Both the position numbers and the translations under genes were made by a program. 64,000 nt of DNA. It comes from Sedimentisphaerales bacterium (GTDB lineage Bacteria; Planctomycetota; Phycisphaerae; Sedimentisphaerales; SM23-30). Numbering within the stretch: the first letter of the stretch is position 1; every line of letters starts with the position of its first letter. The stretch covers positions 28,030 to 92,029 of the forward strand of contig CAXXMR010000014.1 of the NCBI GenBank assembly GCA_963663805.2. Reading direction: 5' to 3'. The notes under the pieces are model-generated. The model did no database searches, was not told where the DNA came from, and saw nothing but the letters and a program-made list of their open reading frames with translations. Shown piece after piece: positions 29,257 through 39,427 of the stretch.

Positions 29257-29273
29257 CCAAAGTACCGGACACA

Positions 29274-32200
29274 TTAGGCCACGGCTGTTCCATCGTCTGT
29301 GTCGTCATCGGTGGCGAATTTAACTGATACTTTCTTGCTGACGCCCTGTTCCTGCATAGTCACGCCGTAAATCACATCCGCGATAGACATGGTTCTTCGG
29401 GCGTGGGTAATGACGACGAACTGGGAGGTGTTCAGGAACTCCTTGATAACGAGGTTGAAGCGTTCGTTATTGGCTTCGTCGAGCGCGGCGTCGACCTCAT
29501 CGAGCAGGCAGAACGGGCTGGGCTTGCTCTTGAAGACCGCCAGCAGCAGAGCGACGGCAGTCATGGTTTTTTCTCCGCCGCTGAGCAGGGAAATGCTTTG
29601 GGGCTGTTTGCCGGGTGGTCGTGCGACGATTTCTATGCCGCATTCGAGGATGTTTTCCGGGTCCAGAAGGGTAATCTCGGCCTTGCCTCCGCCGAAGAGT
29701 TTGCGGAACAGTTCAGCGAAGTTGATACGAATAGCGTCGAAGGTTTCCTGGAAGCGGGTGACGCTTTCTTCATTGATGCGATTGATAAGAGACTCAAGCT
29801 GTTCGCGGGAATCCATAAGGTCGGTGGCTTGTTGATTGAGATAATCGGCCCGTTTTTCGAGTTCTTCCTGTTCGGTAATGGCATCGAGATTGATATTACC
29901 CAGACGTTCGATCTTGCCGCGCAGGTCGTCGATTTCCGCCTTGACTGCCTGCCAGTCGATAGCCCCGCTGAGGAACTGCCGTTGAAGTATTTCGGCCTCG
30001 GATTCTTCTTCGGCGGGAGCATCGTTATCAGCGATTTGTTCTGCCGCGGGCTGTTCGGTTTCCGGAGTTTCGTTGGTGGGTTCACCTGGCCGTTCCGCGG
30101 CGAGCCGGGCCTGCTTTTGAAGCTCGATTTGCTTTTGATAATATTCGACCAGGTCGAGCGAAAGTTCCTCGCGCACCTTTTCGATAAGACTCTCGTTACG
30201 AAGTCTATATTCGTTCAGCTTCATCTGGGCCTGATGACAGTTTTCCTGGACCTGCTCATGTTTGAGGTGACATTCCTGGGCGAGCCGGCGTAATTCTTCC
30301 ATCTCCTCACGCTGCCGGTCGCGTTCCTTACGCAGCCCGACGGTTTGGCCGTGATGTTCCTGCCGCCGCATAAAAAGCTCTGCCAAGGCTGACTCAGCGG
30401 TAAGAATCGCCCGCTGCGAAGAAAGAATATTCGACTGAGCGTTATTAAGGTCGGTACGCAGCGACTGCATGGTATGGTCGAACTGCCGGATTTGCGTTTC
30501 GATGCTGGAGATTCGTTCCCTCAGGGCCAGTCGTTTCTGCTGGGTCTGGCCGACACTGACTTTCATATCTGTTATCTGGTCGAGAACCACCTGGTCCTCA
30601 CTGGCGAGCAGGCGGATTTGTTCTTCGAGTAAATCGACACGTTCCTGCCGCTGCTGGTTGACGGTCTGGAGTTCGGAAAGATTCTGTTCGCTCTGCGACT
30701 GTTTATTGATGGCCTGCTCGATTTGTTCTTCAAGCGTGGCGATTTCAGATTCGATAAGGGGGCTTTCCTGTTTGAGCCTCTGGACGTTCTGGTCCACCCG
30801 GTCGAGTCGTCCGCGAGTTTCGACCTCCTCGGTACTGATTTCATAGATTGCGGTACGCAGTTCCTGAAGATTCTTTTCCAGATGGTCTGCCTGAGTAGCG
30901 TATTGTTCGGTCTGGTTTTGCAGTTCGCCGATGCGGTCTTGGGCTTCCAGCAGACCGTGGTCCAGTTCGCGCAGTTCGCTCTTTCGAGAAATCAGTCCGG
31001 TATGTGCAGTTTGCGGGCCCAGGTGAATCGTGCCGTCGGCTTCGAGAAGCTCGCCCCTGAGCGTTACCCAACGATAGCCCGCGGGGGCCTGTTCTGCCAA
31101 CTTAACCGCCGAGGCGATATTGTCAACCAGTATGGTCTTGCCGAGCAGATGCCAGGCGAGTTTCTGATTTTCTTCGGAAAATTTAACCAGGTCAATCAAA
31201 CGTGCCTGCACTTCCGGTCGATTGTCAAGGTCAAAACCGTTGGTGTAAGGGCCAACCCGGTCCAGACAGATTATCTGCACCCGGCCGGGCAGTTCGTCAA
31301 GATTGTCGCTGTCTTCAATAACCAGACGACTGTCAGCGGCGACCAGATGCTGAGCCCGTTCGCCCAGGGCTGCCTCGATAATCGAAGCGTACTTGACCTC
31401 CGCCTGAAGCAGTTCAGCCACCATGCCGCGGACATAATAATAACGTTCGGGGTCAAGGGCACGGGCTTCCAGAATCTGCCGTACACCTTTATCGACACCT
31501 TCCAGCTTGGCCTCCATATCAGAAAGAACCTGTCGCCGGGAAATCAACCCGCTGCGATACTCCTTGGCCGCCGAAAGCTGTTCACTGCAAGCGAGTCTTT
31601 CTGCGCCGAGCTGGGCGAGCTGCTGGCGTTTGTTTTCGAGCTGTTCCTGCGATTCGCTGCGAAGTACGTTAATCTGTTCGAGCTTTTCTTCGTACTGGGC
31701 CCGTTCGGTGAGCAGGCTGGTAAGTTCATCAGCGATTTGCGAGGAGCGGTCGCTGAGCCGGTCTTTTTGGCCGCTGAGACTGTCCCGGCGCACATCCAGC
31801 GATTGGATTTCATTATGCAGTTGAGCGGTACGGCGCACAATATCGATAAGCCCGCTCTTTTCATCGTCCAGCTGGGCCCGGGACTCGGCCAGCTGCAAAG
31901 CTTTGTCCTGACGAAGGGTTTGCAGATTTTCAAGCTCAGCCTGGAGCGTCTTTAGCTGTTCTTCGATTTCTTCCAACTGCTGACGGTCAGCGGCACTGTC
32001 CTGCTGGAGCTGGCGGTTCTGGATACGCAAATTATGCATCTGCTGGCGTGTGCGGGTAAGCTGCTGATTAAGTTCATCGCAGCGGCGTTGTCCCATCTCG
32101 ATGCGGTCTTCCTGGGTGGAAATCTGAGCGGTGCATTGGAGCAGTTCCCTTTCGTGTTCCTGAATCTGCTGTTCGAGGTGGTCCAAATCATGTTCGATAT

Positions 32201-33011
32201 TACTTAGCTGGGCCTGAGTACGTACATTTTCAGCGTTGACTCCGGCCAGTTCATCCTGAAAAGCCTCAAGTTCTGCCGCGGTGGTTTCGGTGTCCTGACG
32301 AAGTTGATGATATTCGGAAAGATGCTGTATCAGACGCAGCTCTTTCAGCCGGGTGCTGTAAGTTTGATAATTGCGAGCCTTGCCCGCCTGCACCTTTATA
32401 GAACGCAAACGCTTTTCCAGTTCGCCGATAACATCGGTCAAGCGCAGCAGATTTTGCTCGGTCCGTTCAAGTTTTCGCAGGGCTTCTTTTTTGCGTGCCT
32501 TATAGCGACTGATGCCGGCGGCTTCTTCGAAAATCGAACGACGGTCCTGCGGTGACGCCTGGAGCAGAACCGCGACTTTACCCTGTTCGATAATGCTGTA
32601 AGCGTCAGTACCGATGCCGGTATCGAGAAATGTCTCGCGAATGTCCTTGAGTCGGCAGGCCTTGTTGTTGAGCAGATATTCACTGTCGCCGCTGCGATAG
32701 AGCCGACGGGTAACGGCGACTTCGTTTTCGTCGGTTTTGAGAATTGACTGGCTGTTTTCAAAAACGAGCGTCACCTCAGCCATGCTGCTGCTTTTGCGAG
32801 TACTCGAGCCGTTGAAGATGACATCGAGCATCTGGCCGCCGCGAAGACTCTTGGCGCTTTGTTCGCCCAATACCCATCGTACCGCGTCAACAATATTGCT
32901 TTTCCCGCAGCCGTTGGGCCCGACAACAACAGTAACCCCATCCTCAAAATCGAACGCGGTTTTATCGGCGAAACTCTTGAAACCGTTAAGAATTATTTTC
33001 TTTAACTTCAT
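29274..33011 (-). CDS. smc: chromosome segregation protein SMC
   Basis: 1245 aa with Walker A GPNGCGKSN, long coiled coils with a central hinge, signature LSGGEKTMTAVALLLAVF and Walker B CLLDEVDAALD. Confidence 0.95.
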   Translation of the reverse strand: MKLKKIILNGFKSFADKTAFDFEDGVTVVVGPNGCGKSNIVDAVRWVLGEQSAKSLRGGQMLDVIFNGSSTRKSSSMAEVTLVFENSQSILKTDENEVAVTRRLYRSGDSEYLLNNKACRLKDIRETFLDTGIGTDAYSIIEQGKVAVLLQASPQDRRSIFEEAAGISRYKARKKEALRKLERTEQNLLRLTDVIGELEKRLRSIKVQAGKARNYQTYSTRLKELRLIQHLSEYHQLRQDTETTAAELEAFQDELAGVNAENVRTQAQLSNIEHDLDHLEQQIQEHERELLQCTAQISTQEDRIEMGQRRCDELNQQLTRTRQQMHNLRIQNRQLQQDSAADRQQLEEIEEQLKTLQAELENLQTLRQDKALQLAESRAQLDDEKSGLIDIVRRTAQLHNEIQSLDVRRDSLSGQKDRLSDRSSQIADELTSLLTERAQYEEKLEQINVLRSESQEQLENKRQQLAQLGAERLACSEQLSAAKEYRSGLISRRQVLSDMEAKLEGVDKGVRQILEARALDPERYYYVRGMVAELLQAEVKYASIIEAALGERAQHLVAADSRLVIEDSDNLDELPGRVQIICLDRVGPYTNGFDLDNRPEVQARLIDLVKFSEENQKLAWHLLGKTILVDNIASAVKLAEQAPAGYRWVTLRGELLEADGTIHLGPQTAHTGLISRKSELRELDHGLLEAQDRIGELQNQTEQYATQADHLEKNLQELRTAIYEISTEEVETRGRLDRVDQNVQRLKQESPLIESEIATLEEQIEQAINKQSQSEQNLSELQTVNQQRQERVDLLEEQIRLLASEDQVVLDQITDMKVSVGQTQQKRLALRERISSIETQIRQFDHTMQSLRTDLNNAQSNILSSQRAILTAESALAELFMRRQEHHGQTVGLRKERDRQREEMEELRRLAQECHLKHEQVQENCHQAQMKLNEYRLRNESLIEKVREELSLDLVEYYQKQIELQKQARLAAERPGEPTNETPETEQPAAEQIADNDAPAEEESEAEILQRQFLSGAIDWQAVKAEIDDLRGKIERLGNINLDAITEQEELEKRADYLNQQATDLMDSREQLESLINRINEESVTRFQETFDAIRINFAELFRKLFGGGKAEITLLDPENILECGIEIVARPPGKQPQSISLLSGGEKTMTAVALLLAVFKSKPSPFCLLDEVDAALDEANNERFNLVIKEFLNTSQFVVITHARRTMSIADVIYGVTMQEQGVSKKVSVKFATDDDTDDGTAVA

Positions 33012-33077
33012 CTGACCTTTACGTCCTCCGTGACTTATCTTAGGGCCGCTCCGGGCCTTAGTCGTTACTTAATCATC

Positions 33078-34718
33078 TTACAATCCCGGCAGGGGCATTC
33101 GCTCCAGCATGTACTTGGCTTCAATCATATTCTGCTGGTCGGCGCTGAGCTGATACAGCAGCCCGATTATCTGGGAAAAACCCATCCCCCGCCGGCTCTT
33201 ATCCTTATCAGGCAGAGTCAGCCGGGCGACAAAATCGGCTACCAGCCGGGAAGATTCCACGGTAATGCCGTCCAGCCGGCCTTTTTCGGTGATAACAATC
33301 TTCACATTTTCGCTGCCGGTCGGGGCGTTTATCATAACAGTTCCGTCCGGCGATTCATAGAATACATTGTCAGCCAATTTCATTTTCGTGCCGAACAGTG
33401 CTATTCTTGGCTCGGTAGTGGCCCATACTCCGATGAGGTCTTCGCCGGCGGAAGCGACCAAGTCAAGCTGGAAGTGGCCGGGCATATTGATGGAACGGAC
33501 CCGACTGTCATTGGCATTACGCAGACCTTCATAGGCGATGAGCCTCAGACGAGCGTCCTGGTTGTCGAGCATGTCGCTAAGGGTTCTTCTGACACTTAAA
33601 TCTTCGGCATGGCGGGTAAGCGTCTGAGCAGCCTGAAGCTGCAAGGGGTTATCTTTTTGTTTGGCAATCTTTATCATGGTGTCCAGGGCGGCGAAGTCCT
33701 CCAGTTCGAGGGCGGCCTGGGCAGCCTGGAAGGTTAATTGGTCGGAACCTTCCTGGTAATGTCTGGAAATGCTGGCCAAGGCCCCTCTGCCAATACCCTG
33801 CCAGAGCAGTGATGCCAGGGGCGGTTCAATCTGTCCGTCGGTGAGCCACTGGTCAATATTTCGCAGGGTCATTTGTTCAAAACCGCTGCTTTCCTGGATA
33901 TACAGGGCCATCACCAGCGAAATGAAATACTGGTAGCGGTCGCGGTATTCGTCGGGCAGGGTAACCATAATAAATTCTCGACCGGTGGCATTTGCAACCT
34001 TGGGTCGTTCATCCCGGCCAAATCGGGTGTTTATCCGTCGCTGGATTTGCTGGGCGATACGATAATCGGGGTTTATCAGGGTCAGGGCGATTTGTCGGTC
34101 ATATTTTGAAAGCCCTCCGCCAAGCACCAGTCCGTTTCGCGGGTCGGCCTTCTGGTTAGGTTCAGGCCCTATGGGAAAAGGATTTACAAACATTGGTCCG
34201 CCCGCCAGGGCTGCGACTCGACCGGCGTCGGCCCCGAATCTGCCCGAAAAAAACTGTCTCATTTCGGTACGAAGCAGGAAACCACCCTGGAGGGAAGTTG
34301 TCTGGGTACCCTGGATGGGCCGGACCTGAACATCAAATCGAATCCCTTCGGGGGCTCCGGCGGGCACCAGGCCGGTGACTTCTACCGCGGCGGTATTGCG
34401 AGAATCGAAAATCTGCTCAGCCGTAAGTTCCTGGTATTCCTCCGACATGAATTGCTTCAGGTCATTTTGGCGAATCTGTTGAATAAGATAGGCTTTGGTG
34501 GTGGGGTCACACTCGCTGGAGCCGGTTCCGGGCAGCCCCCAGACCAGCGAATAGCCGCTTACACGTACAGCGGCGTAGCCGGTCAATTCGCAAAGAGAGC
34601 CGATGGTGTCCTGAAGAGGGTCAATTTTTGATGGTTTTTTGTTGTCCTGGGCGTCCCGAGCGGGGTTACATCCCGAAAAGGCCAGTAAAATCAGGGTAAG
34701 CGGCACAATTAGCTTCAT
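33078..34718 (-). CDS. FlgI (flagellar P-ring) family-like lipoprotein with a helical-repeat C-terminus
   Basis: Lipobox LLAFSGC. The N-terminal ~290 aa are collinear with FlgI motifs ([13 protein letters not shown] vs [35 protein letters not shown] vs [33 protein letters not shown] vs DFSMAQQIADTIN). The C-terminus is HEAT-like ([11 protein letters not shown]). The ORF extends to 34769. Confidence 0.6.
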   Translation of the reverse strand: [546 protein letters not shown]

Positions 34719-35009
34719 AGCGTAACCATTTTTACTATAGTGGTTTATATTCGGCGAGTTAAACGGCACTATATTATATTTATACTTATCGGACCATTAC
34801 GTTGGCCGTCTTCAGGTTTTGGGTAAATTTTTCCCAACAAGCCAGAAGGATAGTTTTTACCCCCCAAAACGTCAAGATTATTCGACCAGCAACTCCCAAA
34901 AGGTGGGCGACATTTATTTCTGGCGATACAGAGCAACAGATTTTCAGGCAGAAACAGGATTGAAATGTAAATCTGACATCGTACGGGTACGATTCATGAC
35001 TTATGTTGC

Positions 35010-35900
35010 TCAGTTTTCGTATTGTTCCGGCGTGGGAGTTGGTGCCGGGGCAAGCGGTCGAGCGAAGGGGGTGGCTTTTTCGAGACGTTTTTTGATTATC
35101 CGCTGGGACTGGCAGCTGCGAATCTGGGCGGCAGTCAGGATTAGCAGGGAGAACAGCCACATGCCGGAAAATCGGGTGTAATATACCAGGGCAGCGATAA
35201 AACTGGGCTCGGAATTCACACTATGATAATGCTGAGTCAGTTCATCGTAGCCAAAAATCGCACTGGGGACATTGGGGCAAAATGCCGCCTGCCACGGGAC
35301 CAGCAGGACCATAAGCAGCAGGGAAAGGAAAAACGCTTTGCTGGCGGGAGTCAGGCCGCCCAGATGGCCAACCAAGGCGATTTTAACCTCTACCAGCAGT
35401 ACCAGACAATAAAGTACTCCTCCAAAAGCCAGGGTTACCCGACATATCGGCAATACGAGTTTGATGCCCTCGACCAGCACGGTTTCGCGCGGACGGGGCG
35501 GGGTGGTCGGCTGCTGTTCCATTCTGGGCAAAAACGGGGGTGTCATAAAGGGCTTTCCGGGCGGGGGGACAAGTCCTTCTGACTTTTTCTCGTCGGGAGC
35601 GGCGGGGACGGCTTCTGAAGGCTGAGCCGGGGCTGTTGCGAGCTTCTCATCGTCAATCAAAAGCCAGCCGTCAAATGAGCGAGCCTGGCCCGGATAGTTC
35701 ATCCAGACGCCTTTGTCCCGGCCCATTCCCAAGGTATCATCGATAGTGCCGCGGTCGACAATCCAGAAACAAACTCCCAGAACTATCAAAGAAAGGAGTA
35801 TCAGCCAGAAAAAGATGTTCCGGGCGGACTTCAAAACCGCCAGGGCTTCCTGGGCATCATTTCTATCCACGCAAAGGCAGTTATCATAATTCTGGGCCAT
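35010..35900 (-). CDS. hypothetical membrane protein with a Pro-rich linker
   Basis: 296-aa ORF with several TM segments. I recognised no family. Confidence 0.45.
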   Translation of the reverse strand: MAQNYDNCLCVDRNDAQEALAVLKSARNIFFWLILLSLIVLGVCFWIVDRGTIDDTLGMGRDKGVWMNYPGQARSFDGWLLIDDEKLATAPAQPSEAVPAAPDEKKSEGLVPPPGKPFMTPPFLPRMEQQPTTPPRPRETVLVEGIKLVLPICRVTLAFGGVLYCLVLLVEVKIALVGHLGGLTPASKAFFLSLLLMVLLVPWQAAFCPNVPSAIFGYDELTQHYHSVNSEPSFIAALVYYTRFSGMWLFSLLILTAAQIRSCQSQRIIKKRLEKATPFARPLAPAPTPTPEQYEN

Positions 35901-36112
35901 CAGAGATACTCCGTTTTTTGTAAAGTGTTGCTATTTAACACCATCTGAGACATGCCTATATGATAAAGAGCCTTTACGGGAACTGTCAACTGATTTCGCA
36001 AACTGTGGTGGCTGGTGGTCTTATCCGGTCGCTTACGCGGCTCGGTTTTTGTTGGTGGTTTAGTTTGTGGTTGGTTGTTGCACACCTGAGACACACATTG
36101 TCCCTGTTCTTG

Positions 36113-36679
36113 TTAGTTGATTTTATTCAGCAGCCAGGCGAAATTTTCGCTGAGTCGCTCCAGGGTTTTGAGTCCTTCCTCATCATGGGCAATATCACCG
36201 GGGTCGCGAGCCTGTATCACATTCCAGTAGCTCGAACCAACTGTAACCATATCCATAATCGGAAAAAACATGGTTAATTGCTGAAAAGTCGCGTTATGGC
36301 CGGCACGACGGGCGACGGCGATGGCTGTGCCGACTTTGCGACTGAGGGGATTGCCACAACGCCGGGCAACATAGCCCAAGCGGTGAATCAGGTTGCAGAT
36401 CGGGCCGGTGGCATAGCTGAAATATACGGGACTGGCCAGGACAAGGCCGTCAGCAGCGACGATTTTCTCATATATCGGCTGAAAATCATCCTTATGGGCC
36501 ACACACTTATGGGCAGCGGCACAGCCTCCGCAGGCGGTGCAGGGGCCTATTTCAAGGCCTACTAAGGTGATAAGCTCAGTTTCGATATTGTTTAGGGCGA
36601 TGCCTTTCAAAACAATCTCACAGGCCTGCTCTGTGTTTCCACCTTTTCGGGGACTTCCGCATACGGCAACTACTTTCAT
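36113..36679 (-). CDS. flavodoxin-like FMN reductase / iron-sulfur flavoprotein-like
   Basis: MKVVAVCGSPRKGGNTE N-terminus, compact Cys cluster CTACGGCAAAHKC, and LVLASPVYF. The ORF extends to 36784, but the ATG at 36679 fits the family N-terminus. Confidence 0.75.
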   Translation of the reverse strand: MKVVAVCGSPRKGGNTEQACEIVLKGIALNNIETELITLVGLEIGPCTACGGCAAAHKCVAHKDDFQPIYEKIVAADGLVLASPVYFSYATGPICNLIHRLGYVARRCGNPLSRKVGTAIAVARRAGHNATFQQLTMFFPIMDMVTVGSSYWNVIQARDPGDIAHDEEGLKTLERLSENFAWLLNKIN

Positions 36680-37102
36680 GATTCCATACCCTTCTGATAG
36701 CATATCAATATTGATAACACGGTTATTTGTAATTGACCGGTGAGGAGCTGGCAAGCCATTTTTGTTGTTAAAAAAATAATTCATAACGTTCTTAAAGAGA
36801 TAAGTTTATGTTAAAAATTATTTTTGGTCTGTCCTTAAAAGATAAAAATGGCCGATAACTTTCTCATAACGACAAATAGCAGGTTTATTTGAGGTAAGGG
36901 CGGCCCAGTGGCCCTACCAGCACTGAAAATGACATTAAGAAACAAGTAAATATGAGCTTTTTTTACGGTTTTGGCTGTACAACGGGCGATAGCAATACTA
37001 TTATTGCCGTTCAGATAGAAACTCGGGTCAAATGACAATGTTGCGACATATTCATAGGCGCAGTCGCGTCGGTCGCTGAATTGTCCGAAAGAGCAAGGAT
37101 CT

Positions 37103-37273
37103 ATGTTAGGAATTGAAGACAAATATGTGAGTCTGGCCTATATTTTGTGTTTGGCTAGTGCTCTGCTGTGTGTGGTCTACGGCTTGGCAAACTGGAATCG
37201 CGGCGACGCGGATGTTGATGATGAAGACATTCGCTGGGCTGAGGAAGAGAAAAAAGTCGAACAGGAATTCTGA
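37103..37273 (+). CDS. small single-TM protein (56 aa) upstream of the symporter (symporter small accessory protein-like)
   Basis: Not in the ORF track because it is under 60 aa. My own translation is MLGIEDKYVSLAYILCLASALLCVVYGLANWNRGDADVDDEDIRWAEEEKKVEQEF, which is one TM followed by an acidic tail. Its position immediately 5' of a sodium:solute symporter matches a known arrangement. Confidence 0.6.
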   Translation: MLGIEDKYVSLAYILCLASALLCVVYGLANWNRGDADVDDEDIRWAEEEKKVEQEF

Positions 37274-37386
37274 TTCGAAGTTTTCTGTAGATTTCAGATA
37301 TTGTTCAGGTCTTTAGGGTCATGTTGCGCCTGGTTTGGGTCGGCGCGGTTTCTTTGTAAACGCTTTTCCTTTTGGAGGACGCTGAT

Positions 37387-39342
37387 ATGATGATAGCGCA
37401 AGCTGTCGGTGTAGTTGAGATAATTGTGGTTCTGGTCTATATGATGGTCGTGGCTTATTTAGGCTGGCTGGGTTATCGCGGGACCAAGACCGACGCCGAT
37501 TATCTGGTGGCTGGTCGTAAAGTTCACCCTTTTGTGATGGCCCTGAGCTACGGTGCGACTTTTATCAGCACCAGTGCTATTGTCGGTTTTGGCGGGGTGG
37601 CTGGTCTTTTTGGGATGAGTTTGTTGTGGCTTACCTTCCTGAATATCTTTGTCGGTATCTTTGTTGCGTTCGTGTTTTTAGGTGGTCCTACTCGTCGGTT
37701 GGGTCATCGTCTCGACGCCCATACTTTTCCGGAATTGCTTGGTCGGCGTTTTCAGAGCAGCTTTATGCAGGTTTTCGCCGGGCTGATTATTTTCTTCTTT
37801 ATCCCTTTGTATGCGGCGGCGGTTTTGATTGGCGGCTGCGAGTATATTTCCACTCAGTTTGGGATTCCTTACGATGCGGCGTTGCTGATTTTCAGTGTTT
37901 TGATTGCGGCTTATGTGGTGGTAGGGGGTTTAAAAGGTGTTATGTATACCGATGCCCTACAGGGTTCGATTATGTTTGTCGGCATGATTTTTCTGCTGGT
38001 CTGGACCTATTCTTTGCTGGGCGGAGTAACCGAAGCACATACCGCTCTGACTGAGATTGGCAATAAACCCAGTTTGTTCGGCAGTATAGGCTTTAAGGGC
38101 TGGACGGCTATGCCGGAATGCGGCTGGGGCGAACCGAAATATGATCTCTGGTGGATTGTAGTCAGTACGATTGTATTGGGTGTCGGAATTGGTGTGCTGG
38201 CACAGCCTCAGTTGGCGGTGCGGTTTATGACCGTAAAGAGCAAACGCGAACTGAATCGCGCGGTGTTTATCGGCGGGGTTTTCATTCTGATTATGACGGG
38301 GGTAGCTTTTACGGTTGGTTCATTGAGCAACCTGTATTTCCACAACCATGAAAAGATAACCGGCAAAATCATTTCCAAAACCGAAGTCGCCTGGGTGGTA
38401 GCCAAAAAAGAGCGTGATATTCTCAAGAAAGTTCCCTGCGAACTGTGGCATATCGACTCTACCGGTACCGGTGAGGTTGACAATACTATCGTGGCTCAGG
38501 GTTATGACCTGCTGATTACCAAGGATGGTCCCAAGACTCTCACGGCGGGCCATGGTATCAAGCCCGGCGAAGGAGAAAAGCTGATTCCCTTCTCGGTACT
38601 TATGCCCAAAGCTGAAATCGTTCAGGAGTTGGCAGACGGCAGAGTGGAAATAATGCCGCACGCGACCGCGTTTACCAGGGCGGTAGTTGGTGGTGGTGAA
38701 AACTGGGGTTTCAATCCCGATAGTGTTATTCCCACATTCGTGACTCGTGCCATGCCCAAATGGTTTGGTTTGTTGTTTTTGCTGACCCTGCTGGCGGCGG
38801 CGATGAGTACGCTTTCCAGTCAGTTCCACGCGGTTGGCACCAGTATCGGTCGCGATGTTTATGAGCAGCTGACCCAGAAACACGGGACCAGTATCCTGAT
38901 TACCAGGGTGGGTATTATCATCGGTATTATTATCGCGGTAATTATCAGTCATTATGCTCGTGGTGGCTATATTGTCGCTCGGGCGACCGCGATTTTCTTT
39001 GGTCTTTGTGCCTCGGCGTTTTTACCGACCTTTTTGGGCGGGTTGTTCTTCAAATGGGTCACTCGTGCCGGAGCGATTGCCAGTATGGTCGTCGGTTTTC
39101 TTATTCCGGCGTTCTGGCTGCTGTTCATTAAGGATAAAGAGGCGCGGGCCCTGGGGATTTGCAACTGGCTGTTGGGGACCGACGAAAAACCGGTTCACTC
39201 TTTGCTGCTGGACCATCCTAACTGGTCGGTGGTTGACCCGGTTGTGATTGCGGTGCCGATAAGTTTTCTGGTGTTAATCCTGGTCAGCGTTGTCAGCAAA
39301 AGGCCTGACGATGGGCATTTGGAAAAATGTTTTAAGAAATAG
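37387..39342 (+). CDS. sodium:solute symporter (SSS) family transporter with a ~110-aa soluble insertion
   Basis: Polytopic protein with SSS-type N-terminus (DYLVAGRKV, ATFISTSAIVG). GGAGGA lies 7 nt before the ATG at 37387 (the ORF track starts at a TTG at 37372). A hydrophilic insertion spans about residues 330-440. Confidence 0.85.
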   Translation: MMIAQAVGVVEIIVVLVYMMVVAYLGWLGYRGTKTDADYLVAGRKVHPFVMALSYGATFISTSAIVGFGGVAGLFGMSLLWLTFLNIFVGIFVAFVFLGGPTRRLGHRLDAHTFPELLGRRFQSSFMQVFAGLIIFFFIPLYAAAVLIGGCEYISTQFGIPYDAALLIFSVLIAAYVVVGGLKGVMYTDALQGSIMFVGMIFLLVWTYSLLGGVTEAHTALTEIGNKPSLFGSIGFKGWTAMPECGWGEPKYDLWWIVVSTIVLGVGIGVLAQPQLAVRFMTVKSKRELNRAVFIGGVFILIMTGVAFTVGSLSNLYFHNHEKITGKIISKTEVAWVVAKKERDILKKVPCELWHIDSTGTGEVDNTIVAQGYDLLITKDGPKTLTAGHGIKPGEGEKLIPFSVLMPKAEIVQELADGRVEIMPHATAFTRAVVGGGENWGFNPDSVIPTFVTRAMPKWFGLLFLLTLLAAAMSTLSSQFHAVGTSIGRDVYEQLTQKHGTSILITRVGIIIGIIIAVIISHYARGGYIVARATAIFFGLCASAFLPTFLGGLFFKWVTRAGAIASMVVGFLIPAFWLLFIKDKEARALGICNWLLGTDEKPVHSLLLDHPNWSVVDPVVIAVPISFLVLILVSVVSKRPDDGHLEKCFKK

Positions 39343-39427
39343 TTTCTTTTGTGAATTTTTTTGTTAAACTGTGGATTATTCGGATGGGGGGTAGTGGTAG
39401 TAAAATGTACTATGAAAGGAGCATTGT

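Noticed and set aside
36835-37122. 95-aa minus-strand ORF between the flavoprotein and symporter genes
   Set aside because: It has no RBS and no recognisable motif, and it overlaps the start of the better-supported 56-aa plus-strand ORF. I kept it as unassigned intergenic DNA.
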